Shown: positions 35,848 through 46,703 of the stretch, piece by piece
How positions within the stretch are numbered: position 1 is the first letter of the stretch
Layout: every line of letters begins with the position of its first letter
Origin: Azolla caroliniana
Taxonomy: Eukaryota; Plantae; Polypodiophyta
Direction of reading: 5' to 3'
Assembly: GCA_043228905.1 (NCBI GenBank)
Contig: JBHGNT010000021.1
Span: forward strand, 9,858,001-9,922,000
Length of the DNA stretch: 64,000 nucleotides
Notes under the pieces: generated by a model
Seen by the model: only the letters and a program-made list of their open reading frames with translations
What the model was told of the DNA's origin: nothing
The model's database searches: none
Program-made: the position numbers and the translations under genes

Positions 35848-38800
35848 GGATGCAACTCAATAACACAATTGGCACATACCGGTGGATGTGCAGGTTTGGT
35901 GGGGGTGAATGTTGTGTGAATCTTCTCACACTATGTAAAAAAAATAATAATAATAAAATAAGTACTTTATATTAGCTTAATGGCATGTTATAGAAGATGG
36001 ATGTTTGAGAATATAGGGAAAATAGAACTATTATTTATCCCACATAGATAGGAAACTTAAGGCCCTGACTATATAAGCACCTTGAGACCCTCATTTTCAT
36101 TTGTGCTAAGAGCACTTTGACCACTTTGTCTTGATGGATGATGGTGGCCAAGTTCCCAAAAACTGGAACCAGCCAATAAGCAAAACGGGAACCGGTCGGT
36201 AAGCAAAACGGGAACCGGTCGGTAAGCAAAACGGGAACCCGGCCGGTAAGCAAAACCGAAAACAGGCCGGTAAGCAAAACCGGAACTTGGTCGGTAAGCA
36301 AACCTAAACCGGAAAGCAAACCGAAACAGGCCGGAAAGCAATCTGGAACTGGTCGGTAAGCAATCTAGAACCGGTCGGTAAGCAATCCAGAACTGGTCGG
36401 TAAGCAATCCGGAATCGGCTGGTAAGCAAATCGGAACTGGCGAAATCGACAATTGGATGGTGTTGGAAACCGGGTGGATCCGACAACTGGCGACGATCGA
36501 GACGAACAGATGATAGGATCATGTGGCTAATTAAAGTGAAGTGAAGAAAACTAAAGTAAAGGTCGTGTGGACAGTCGCATGCAACTAAAAGAAAAAGCCG
36601 TGCAACTAAAAATAGATGTAACTAAAAAGCCATGCAACTGAAAGAAAAACTATGCAACTAAAATTAGAGGCCATGCAACAAAAAGTGGAGAGGCATATGA
36701 TCAACAGGGAACTCCATATATATTCCATTTTTTTTTTCCTACACTCATATACACTCTCTCCATATTTATATTTTTCTTTTCCTTCTTAGCTCTCTTATCT
36801 TATCGAAGCCATATATCTCATAAACCCTAATTTTCCATACGGAAGCTATTGAACTCATAAACCATAATCTCTTATCAAAGCTAAAAACCCTAATTTTCTA
36901 TAGAATCCATATCTTAATTTCCTCTTATCTATTACTCTAGTAATCTCCATTAACTAAACTTTTTGTAATCTCAATCTTGAGATTGATTGTAATCTTTCTT
37001 TCCCTTTATTAATAAAATTTGTGAATCTTTCTCATTTTGTATTAATTGTTTAATATAATCATACGAATCTGATATCTTCCGATCGGAGGCCCCGAGGTCC
37101 TGCCTCAAGTTCACATGTCCTCGTCGTATTTTCGCGACATCTTTGTTGAACCCGACGTGAATCGAGGCGGTAGGAGGATATCTCATGGAGGCATATAGAT
37201 ACAAAGAGCCGAAGAGATGTAAACTATATGAGTTCGACCAATGGGTATCATCATAAAGACCCACCAAAGTGCCATGCATGCTTTCGTTGAGTTCGAGTGT
37301 CGCTTTGCACAACTCTCTAAGCGGGATCAAAGATTGGTGGGGGTGGAAAAAGTCCTAACGTTTGTGAAGTCAATCAATCGGAATGAAAGGAATGCCATTG
37401 AAATCCGACTTGAGGATGACGATGGTGCAAATGGCCTCATAGAAGATTGGACTAAAGTAGAAAGAGTATGTCGACTTCACGATAAGAGGAAGACAAGATT
37501 CTCATCGGCAACAACACAACCCATGACGGATGGTGAAAGGAGTACAAGAAGCAACAATAAACTACCACCTAAAGAAGATAGCTTGAAGAGGGAAGGTTCG
37601 ATGTTACTCGACATAGAGGTGTTCATAAAGGAGGCATATGAGAAATTAAAGGTGAAACTCGAGGCCAAAGAGAATCTTATAATGGAACCAAAACCGATTA
37701 AAATGGTTATCAAGGAAGAAGAGGTTAAAGCCAATGTGTGCAACAAGGAAGTAAAGCAAAGCAAAATGACGAAAGTCCATGTGTGCAACAAAGAGGTCAA
37801 GCAAAGCATGAAGACAAAAGCAAATGTGTGTGACAAAGAGACCAAGCAAACCTCAAAAAGCAAAGATGTGGGCCAAGTAGGCCAAGCGGATACGAAAGAT
37901 GTGATCACAAAATCTAACAAGGATAATACTAGCGTAGAAGTCATGGTCAATTCCACAACAAGAGTATACCAAGAAAGTGGACAAAGTGAGAAACATGCAG
38001 TGTGGTCACTTAAGCACCTAGAGGAGAGCATGCCGCTAAAGAACGAATTGTTAGAGTACTCAAGAATAGTATTTCGATAAGGCTTTTGAAAGACATGCAT
38101 GGAACAAGAAAGAATGATAAGAGAAAATTAGATGACCAAGGAGATGGCCGAGATGAAGGTGGCACATGCGTAAGGAGTGAAGCATTATTGTCAAGAGGAG
38201 CAAAGAGAGCCATCACAACCGGTCATGGAAATGCAAAGACAGAACGAAGAATATGGTGGATCGGATGGCAATGGCGATTCGGGTACATCGATAAAAAAGT
38301 AAAGTAATCAAAATTGGAGCCTCACCAAAATTGGCACATACCGGTGGATGTGCAGGTTTGGTGGGGGTGAACCACACAACCTTTACTTAAGTTTTCTTCA
38401 CTTCACTTTAATTAGCCACATGATCCTATCATTTGTTCGTCTCGATCATTGCCGATTGTTGAATCCGCCCGATTTTCGACACCATCCAATTGCCGATTTC
38501 GCTGGTTCCAATTTGCTTATTGGCCGGTTCCGGATTGCTTACCGGCCAGTTCTAGATTGCTTATTGGCCGGTTCCGGATTACTTACCAGCCGGTTTCCGG
38601 TTTTGCTTACCGACCGGTTTCAGTTTTGCTTACCGATCAGTTTCTGGTTTTGCTTACCGACTGGTTTCGGTTTTTGGGAACTTGGCCACCATCATCCATC
38701 AAGACAAAGTGGCCAAAGTTCTCTTAGCACAAATGAAAATGAGGGTCTCAAGGTGCTTATATAGCTAGGGCCTTAAGTTTCCTATCTATGTGGGATAAAT

Positions 38801-38923
38801 AATAGTTCTATTTTCCCTATCTTCTCAAACATCCATCTTCTATAACATGCCATTAAGCTAATATAAAGTACTTATTTTATTATTATTATTATTTTTACAT
38901 AGTGTGAGAAGATTCACACGACA
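35848..38923 (+). mobile_element. Rearranged Ty3/gypsy derivative: PPT, LTR (35910-37139), PBS(Trp), truncated gag, PPT, inverted partial LTR (38372-38923)
   Basis: An identical ~42-bp PPT-proximal motif occurs at ~35868-35909 and ~38330-38371. The LTR runs TGTTGTG...CGCGACA. PBS TG(T)TGAACCCGACGTGA at 37144-37160. gag-like ORF 37241-38080. 38372-38923 is the reverse complement of 35910-36570. Confidence 0.8.
36166..36435. repeat. ~21-bp minisatellite inside the LTR (AACCGGTCGGTAAGCAAAACGGG-like); a shorter array in the inverted copy at ~38505-38670
   Basis: The GGTAAGCAA anchor repeats about every 21 bp. Confidence 0.9.
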
Positions 38924-39934
38924 ACAGAGCCGAAGCCGGAGAAGCCGATGGAGGTGCGAACGACGCACCTAGAAGACATGGTCCTGGAGGACGAGTTGGC
39001 GGAAAGCCACTACTCGAGGCTACATTGGGCTAGGGACACTACGGAAACCCCTGTTCGGATCGGGGATGTCCAGGAGCTGGTTGTGGCGTTGGTAGACCAC
39101 GGTTCGGAGATCAACTTGATGTCCATGGACTTCTACAAGAAGGGAAAGTGGCCGATCAACACCAAGCATGGGTGGAAGATACGGGCAGCAACGCGCGCCA
39201 CGGAGGAGCTACACGGAGCCTGCCCGAATGTACGAGTGAAAATTGGTGATGTCGAGATCGATCAACACTTCTTCGTGCAAGAGATGTCCTCGCAAGAAGG
39301 GAAAGTGGCCGATGAACACCAAGCACGGGTGGAAGATACGGGCAGCAACACACGTCATGGAGGAGCTACACGGAGCCTATCCCAATGTACGAGTGAAAAT
39401 CGGCGATGTTGAGATCGATCAACACTTCTTCGTGCAGGAGACGTCCTCGCATTTGGTGATACTCGAAGAACCGTACATCACGGCGGCGCGCATGGAGACG
39501 AAGGTGATGGACAACGGTTCGGTGTATGCCCGAGTCAAAAGCCAAGATGGGCGTCACTCCATTCAGTTTCTGACGGTACGACCGAACCACGAGCGTAACC
39601 GCGAGACCCTCGGTGGCGAAAGCCGAAGGGATTTTTAGAGAGGGCTATCAAGGCGTGGGGACGCGATAGTCCGGACACTACTGAAAAACCCCACACCGGT
39701 ATAGTAGGTAGAAGAACCTGTAACATAGGTAGGAAGTTTTGGTTCTCCGACAACGGAGGTTGTACAATAGCCAGTGTCATTGACCGGGAGAAGAAGCAGG
39801 CAGAAGAGCTACTCAGGGCATGTGGAGTCCTCGCCCCCGAAGAGGAAATCAACGGAGCCGTGGAGGCGGTGTCGTGCCTTTTGACACTAGATCGTTTGTG
39901 TGAGTCGTGTGGGATCCGTTGGGGTTTTGGACTA

Positions 39935-40776
39935 GGTAGAGGAAGAATTTGAGACGATTTTAATTATGAATAGATTATTATAAACTTGCGAATCCCACAA
40001 GTATAATATATTTTATTAATCAGTATTTAGATAAGAATATGTATTTAGATTGAAAGAAAGATATAAGAAACTTATGAATCCCACAAGTATAGATTATATT
40101 ATTTTCGTGAATCCCACGGAGGAGGAAGAATTTGAGATAAGTTTATAGTTATGTATAGATTATTAGAAAGAGAGATAGAAACTTGTGAATCCCACACGTA
40201 TAGATTATTAGATTTATTAATATTTAGAATCCTAATAACAATTTATCATAGATTGGAAGAGATAGATTATATAAAACTTCGTGAATCCCACGATTATATT
40301 AATTGGTGTTTTAGGAAATATATCCAATTTCCCAAATATTTCACACACCCTTACATTGTGCTCCCCATCCTTATGTAGTGATGAGGGAGTCTTAGTAATC
40401 CATGCTTTTCCCCTAACTATAGACTCCATGCTTTTCCTATAGATAGACTATATGCTTTATCTAAAGTGATCATGCTTTTTCTAACTTGTGCGTTTTTTAT
40501 CGACTATAGCGTTCATGTGCGCTAGATGTGCATGCGTAGCTTTTTTCTTTTAGCATGCGTTTTTCTTTTAACTAAAGTTTATCTTAGGTGAACTTACCTT
40601 TCTATGTGGGACTTCTATTTTAACACTAATGAAATGATAGTGTAATGGTAAGGTTTCAAATTATTATCATGGAGGTGCAGGGTTCGAATCTTGCCCTATG
40701 CATGTATTATTTATTTTGACATTTTCTTCTATTTCTTCATATTTACTAAAACGTTACTTTATAAGTTTTTCATGTA
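39935..40776. mobile_element. AT-rich insertion with internal GAATCCCAC repeats and a tRNA-derived A/B-box segment (possible non-autonomous Helitron)
   Basis: An abrupt AT-rich block inside GC-rich pol. GAATCCCAC occurs five times between 39990 and 40292. A-box TAGTGTAATGGT and B-box GGTTCGAATCT at 40638-40691. It ends in a weak hairpin then GTAG|T. No TSD was seen and the borders are approximate. Confidence 0.5.
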
Positions 40777-41594
40777 GTGTACGAAATACACTACGACAAC
40801 GGTCTCTCTTGATGACACCTTGGGGAAGTTACGGAAGATGTTCGGAGAGGGCCTTAGTGAAGACTAGACGATTCCGGTATGTTCGGAAAAGATGTACAAA
40901 GTCATAGCCTACTTCGGAAGAGGACTCGAGTCGGATCGGATGGCCCAAGTGGATACGAAGTACAAGAATGTGGACCGGAAGGTCACGCCAGTCGTAGCAC
41001 CCTTGCCGGAGGGCAGTGAGTTACGGATGAAAGGGGTCGCGTCAGACCCAAGTTTACGAGATCCGGTTGGCATAGGACACCAATTCACCAACATAATGCT
41101 ACGAGAGCTCAAGGTCGGTGGGGGTGGCTTTCTACTGCCGGCGGAGCAGGACCGGTTTCAGAGAATGCTCAGGAGGCACAGAAAGGCCTTCGCATTCTCG
41201 CCGGAGGAGATCGGGTGCGTAGACCCGACCCGACGATTGTGGAACCAATGGTGATCTTCACGATACCGCATGTACCGTGGAATCTCAAACCGATTCCAGT
41301 ACCCAAAGCTCACATCTCGAAGCTGATGGAGTTGTTGAAACAGAAGGTGGATATGGGCATCCTCGAACCGTCGAGTGCCCCGTATTCTAATCGGTGGTTT
41401 ACCGTGCCCAAGAAGAACGACATATTGCGCTTCATTCAGGACCTACAACCGGTCAACAAGGTGACCATTCGGAACGCAGGAATCTGACCGACCATAGACG
41501 AGTTCATGGAGGCCTTTGTCGGAAGGTCAATTTACTCAGTCGGTGATTTGTACTCGGGCTACGATTAGTTCCAGCTAGCCGAATACAACGAGGG

Positions 41595-44500
41595 TGTCGA
41601 ATACAAATGTATAATGGACGTATTCACACTATCCTCTTAGAGAGCCCAAGTTTAGGCTATTTTTGTAAATAACATAAAGGGCAGTTGCCCTAAGTGAGTC
41701 ACTATATAAAGTGACTTTGTAACCTTTTGTAAAGGTTGGTTGTTCATTGTTGTAACGGTTGCCCCTTTATGAATATAGATATATTCTTTGTGCCTCTCTC
41801 TGTCTCTCTCTGTGTACGTATTTTGTTCTTGCCTCTCTCATACGTAGGTATTTCTTCCTCACAGATTCATACTGTGTGATCTCTTCCGCATTGACGGCCT
41901 TGTTCATTCCCTACATTTGGTATCAGAGCAATGATACTCATGAGCAATCTCCCCTCCTCTTGGGAAACCTTCGTTACAACTGTGTGCAACGCTTCTACGA
42001 CTACCATCAAGTACTCCAAAGTCACAAGTGCAATCCTGACTGAAGTAGCTCGGAGAAAGTCTTTCACCAAAGACTCAGCAGAAGAAGCCTATGTAGTACA
42101 AGGTTCGACCGACCGATCGAACAACCGGGGAAGAAGCTCTTCCCGACCGCCTACAAATCAACGAAGCCGCAGCAAGTCCCGGGAAACCCGAATCTGCAAC
42201 TACTGCAAGAAACTGGGACACATCAAGGCCGACTGTCGGGTACTCAAGTCAAGGACAGTCAAAGCTCAGAGAGCTGATCAGAGGAGTAACCAGCATGAGG
42301 AAGTCAACCACGTCGGCTCTTCAGCCGAGATATTAACGACCGACCCGAACATATTGTCCATAGAGAATCCAGTTGAATCAGAAGTTCTGCTTACGACTGA
42401 GGAATCGAGCATATGGCTTCTGGACTCGGGCGCGTCGTATCACGTGACACCTCACCGATCACAATTTCGTCAATATTCGGACCAGTACTCCGACTCAGTT
42501 CGGGTCGGAAATTCGCAGCACTGTGCTATCATCGGAATCGGCACCGTAGAGCTCAACCTTCCGGGTGGCTCTACACTCATACTACACAACGTCCAACACG
42601 TTCCTGAGCTCTCATGACCCTTGATCTCAGTCGGACAACTTCATGAAGCTGGCATCCGTGCTGGTTTCTCATTAGGAGGGTGGACACTCCACAGAGGGAA
42701 CCTCCTGCTTGCTAGAGGACCAAAGGTACACTCATTGTACCCTTTGTATGTCACACTCAGAGAGGGTGACTTATTTCTGGTAGATATCCCTGTGTCATCC
42801 TTATGGCATGGACAACTTGGACACCTCAGCAAGGCCAACATCACGCACCTATCCAGAGCCGGATACATCCCGAAACTCTCCTTCTCGGACCATCAGTTTT
42901 GCGAGCATTGCCAGTACGGCAAACAGGTAGCCGCATCACACCCGACATCAACACCAAGAGAGTTGAGCCCGCTCGATTTGGTCCATTCGGACGTCTGTGG
43001 CCCGATGCCACATCAGTCACTCGGTGGTGCCTCGTACTTCGTCAGTTTCATTGACGACTCGACTCGGAAGGTGTGGGCCTACCCCATCAGAACCAAAGAT
43101 CGGGTATTCTTGATCTTCTCAGATTGGCTCGCAATGGTCGAAAGCCAGACCGGTCGGAAACTGAAGTGTCTCCGAACCGACAATGGAGGTGAGTTCAAAT
43201 CTGATGAATTCATCAAATTTTGCCGAGAACGCGGCATTAGACGTGAATATACGGCACCATATAGTCCAGAGCAGAACGGAATCGCAGAACTCATGAATCG
43301 GACGATTCAAGAACGCGTTGTATCCATGCTCCAACACTCCGGACTGTCGGATGGCTTCTGGGCAGAGGCTCTACTCACGGCAGTACACATAATCAATATG
43401 TCGCCAAGTAGACCTCTAGGACTTAAGATACCTCAGGAAATATGGACTTGCAGAAAGTCGAATTATGATAAGCTCAGGATTTTCGGTTGCGAGGCATACG
43501 CCCTCATACCGAAAGACGACCGCCGAAAACTCAAACCGAGATCAAGGAAATGTGTTTTCCTCGGGTATGGACCCGACGGCGAGATCGGATACCGACTCTG
43601 GGACCCCGAGCACAGGCAAATCCTCCGAAGTTTGGACGTCGTGTTTAACGAGTCAACTATGCACAAAACGGCCAAAAGGCCTATTGAAGTCCGAAGGGTA
43701 ATATTTTCCGAAGTGCCAACCCTTCATGACGGCCCAACACACAACGTGAGATCAGTTTCACGGGTAACCGACCTCTCTCGCACCGAATCCACAGAATGTC
43801 TTGGCTTCCGACCATCCGACATCGACAACCGGTGCGACCAGTCCAGTCATACCTCGAAGATCCGAGAGACTGTGCAACCTCCGGAGAGGTACTCTCCCGG
43901 AATTTTCTTCACCGACGTCGGCGAACCGACGTCCTACGAAGAAGCATCGGCAGCTGCCTATTCAGCCACCTGGCATCTGGCAATGGAGTCGGAAATGCAC
44001 TCCATCTGCGCCAACAAGACTTGGGATCTGGTCGACTTACCGAAGAATCGACGTGCTCTTCCTTGCAAGTGGGTCTATAGACTAAAGGAGACGTCCGACT
44101 CGACCACCCCAAAGTACAAGGCCAGATTAGTTGCGAAGGGATTTCGACAGGAATATGGTGTCGACTTCGACGAAATCTTTGCACCAGTGGTGAAAATGAC
44201 AACCCTTCGTTTCATGCTCGGTGTTGTGGTTGCCGACAATTTGGAGCTGATTCAGCTAGATGTGAAAACGACATTCCTCCACGGTGATCTAAAGGAGGAA
44301 ATCTACATGGAGCAACCGAAAGGCTTTGTGGCCACCGGTCAGGAACATCTAGTCTGCCGACTTAGGAAGAGTCTTTATGGCCTGAAACAGGCACCCCGAC
44401 AGTGGTACAAGAAGTTCGACGATTTCATCCAGTCGGTCGGCTTCGCCAAGAGCGATGAGGACCACTGCCTCTTCACCAAAACAGCTCAAGACGGTTCTCC

Positions 44501-45742
44501 CGTCTTCCTCATCATCTACGTGGACGACATGCTACTCTCCGGTCGGCATACCGGAGAGCTCACCGAACTCGTTCGGAAACTGCGATTGAAGTTTGCCATT
44601 GAAGTTCTCGGCTAAAATCTGCGATTAGTCGGAATCGCGCCAAAAGACAGCTTTTTCTATCTCAAACTGACTACATCGGACGTGTCTTGGAATGCTTCAA
44701 CATGCAATCGGCCAAATCTACTTCGACCCCGCTCCCCATTCATCTTCGGCTTTCTCAGCGAGACTACCCGACATCCGGTCCGGAGGGGGAAGACATGAAG
44801 TTGGTACCGTATGCACCGGCAGTAGGCTCTCTGATGTACGCAATGGTCGCGACACGACCTGATATTTCTCACGCCGTAGGAGTCATCAGCAGATTTATGT
44901 ACAATCCCGACCGATCTCACTAGAACGCAGTCAAGCATGTGTTCAGATATTTAGCTGGCACAAAAGACCACGACATCCTTTTCGGTCCGAACTCAACTTC
45001 AGGCGTAGCCGGTTACACCGACTCGGACTTCGCCGGTTGTGTGGACAGTCGCAAGTCAACAACCGGATATTGCTTTAAATTCGGCAATGGAGCAATCTCG
45101 TGGAAGTCGAAACTTCAGGAGTGCACAACCACCTCAATGACTGAAGCAGAATATGTAGCTGCCTCCGACGCAGCGAAAGAAGCTTTATGGCTCGGTCGGC
45201 TGGCGCACACGTTTCGGCTGAAGCCGGACATAGTGCAGGATGGTTTCGGACAATAGACATCGGTTCATTGACGATCGGCTTCAGCTTTTAGGACCCGACC
45301 AGTTCGGTCTTCTGTCTACGGATTATGCCGATTCGAACAAAAGCGACCTGTCCGAGAACTTATGCCTATACCTGTATTTTTTAGATAACCCATGTATACG
45401 CCCATTACGGGGGAGTGTCGAATACAAATGTATAATGGACGTATTAACACTATCCTCTTAGAGAGCCCAAGTTCGGGCTATTTCTGTAAATAACATAATT
45501 GGCAGTTGCCCTAAGTGAGTCACTATATAAAGTGACTTTGTAACCTTTTGTAAAGGTTGGTTGTTCATTGTTGTAACGGTTGCCCCTTTATGAATATAGA
45601 TATATTCTTTGTGCCTCTCTCTCTCTCTCTCTCTCTCTCTGTACGTATTTTGTTCTTGCCTCTGTCATACGTAGTTATTTCTTCCTCACAGATTCATACT
45701 GTGTGATCTCTTCCGCACTGACGGCCTTGTTCATTCCCTACA
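41595..45742 (+). mobile_element. Ty1/copia element (Tnt1/Tork-like), structurally complete but with internal deletions
   Basis: LTRs 41595-41915 and 45416-45742. Perfect TSD GAGGG. PBS TGGTATCAGAGC at 41918 and PPT GGGGGAG. Domain order is gag knuckle CNYCKKLGHIKADC, PR WLLDSGAS, IN, RT, RH. Confidence 0.95.
42621..44615 (+). CDS. Copia integrase plus reverse transcriptase segment of a disrupted gag-pol
   Basis: WH..LGH zinc finger, [33 protein letters not shown] and IYVDDML. Confidence 0.9.
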   Translation: MISVGQLHEAGIRAGFSLGGWTLHRGNLLLARGPKVHSLYPLYVTLREGDLFLVDIPVSSLWHGQLGHLSKANITHLSRAGYIPKLSFSDHQFCEHCQYGKQVAASHPTSTPRELSPLDLVHSDVCGPMPHQSLGGASYFVSFIDDSTRKVWAYPIRTKDRVFLIFSDWLAMVESQTGRKLKCLRTDNGGEFKSDEFIKFCRERGIRREYTAPYSPEQNGIAELMNRTIQERVVSMLQHSGLSDGFWAEALLTAVHIINMSPSRPLGLKIPQEIWTCRKSNYDKLRIFGCEAYALIPKDDRRKLKPRSRKCVFLGYGPDGEIGYRLWDPEHRQILRSLDVVFNESTMHKTAKRPIEVRRVIFSEVPTLHDGPTHNVRSVSRVTDLSRTESTECLGFRPSDIDNRCDQSSHTSKIRETVQPPERYSPGIFFTDVGEPTSYEEASAAAYSATWHLAMESEMHSICANKTWDLVDLPKNRRALPCKWVYRLKETSDSTTPKYKARLVAKGFRQEYGVDFDEIFAPVVKMTTLRFMLGVVVADNLELIQLDVKTTFLHGDLKEEIYMEQPKGFVATGQEHLVCRLRKSLYGLKQAPRQWYKKFDDFIQSVGFAKSDEDHCLFTKTAQDGSPVFLIIYVDDMLLSGRHTGELTELVRKLRLKFAIEVLG

Positions 45743-46703
45743 GAGGGTACACCCAGATTAAACGCGAACTCTAGGGTATCATTTCGGCTGTCAAGGCCGA
45801 CCAACACTACCTGATCAGGACGGAGGTGATAATTGAGACGGACTGCCTACCGATTCTCGATATGGTTTCCGGATGCGCGACACCGGACTTGGCAATACTT
45901 AGGTGGATAGTGTACATCAAGTCCCTGAATCCCGAAATAGGACACATTTCTAGAAAGGACAATGCCATGGCCGACATGCTTTCCAGGGCGAGATTCGATG
46001 ATGAGGACGACATGGTTTCAGAGGACGAAGAAGTCGGCGTGGACTTCTTTGAGACGGCTTACACAACAAGAAGGAAGGGGAGAACTCCGGCGCTTGACAA
46101 GTTCGACGAGAGCAAGTACGACGAGGAGTGGCTCCAGATCGGCGGGTTCCTGAAGACAATGACACCGGACGTGGCGTGGACGAAGGAAGAGACTAACCAA
46201 ATTCAGAAGAAAGCGTACCGATTCTTCCTATAGGATGGGTGCATATGGAAGCACCCAAAGAAGAGAAACGGCATCCCGGTCCGGGTTGTGGCGAAGAAAG
46301 AGGAACAGGTGGAACTGCTGGCGGCGTACCACGAGAGTCCCTAGGCCGGACACTACAGGATGTGGGTCACATTCGAGAAGCTGAACGGGAAGTATTGGTG
46401 GCCGGTACTATACCGGGACGTGCATCGGTTCGTGACGTCTTGCGAAAGCTGTTAGATGCACTCCATAGTTCAACATCGGGACGAGCTCCACCCGACCTAC
46501 CCGCTGACCGTCCACTTCAAGTGGATGGTGGATCTGATGATGATGCCGATGGGGCTAGGGCAGATGCGATATTTGGTGCTGGCTCGAGAGGACCTGACGA
46601 ACCAGGTGGAAGGCCGAGTGTTGCTGAACAAAACGACTATGGCCGTGTGCCGATTTATGATCGAAGAAGTGGTATGCCGGTACGGGTGCGTAGGAAAGAT
46701 CGT

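Noticed and set aside
36166-36435. CRISPR or iteron-like array
   Set aside because: It is a head-to-tail ~21-bp minisatellite without spacers, inside an LTR.
35910-38923. DIRS-type element or DNA transposon with long terminal inverted repeats
   Set aside because: There is no tyrosine recombinase or transposase. The repeat is part of a gypsy LTR with PBS and PPT matching the neighbouring gypsy family.
40630-40705. Functional tRNA genes here and at 8098-8160 and 25382-25450
   Set aside because: Anticodon and acceptor stems do not pair into a full cloverleaf, and all three lie inside repeats. They are reported only as tRNA-derived modules.
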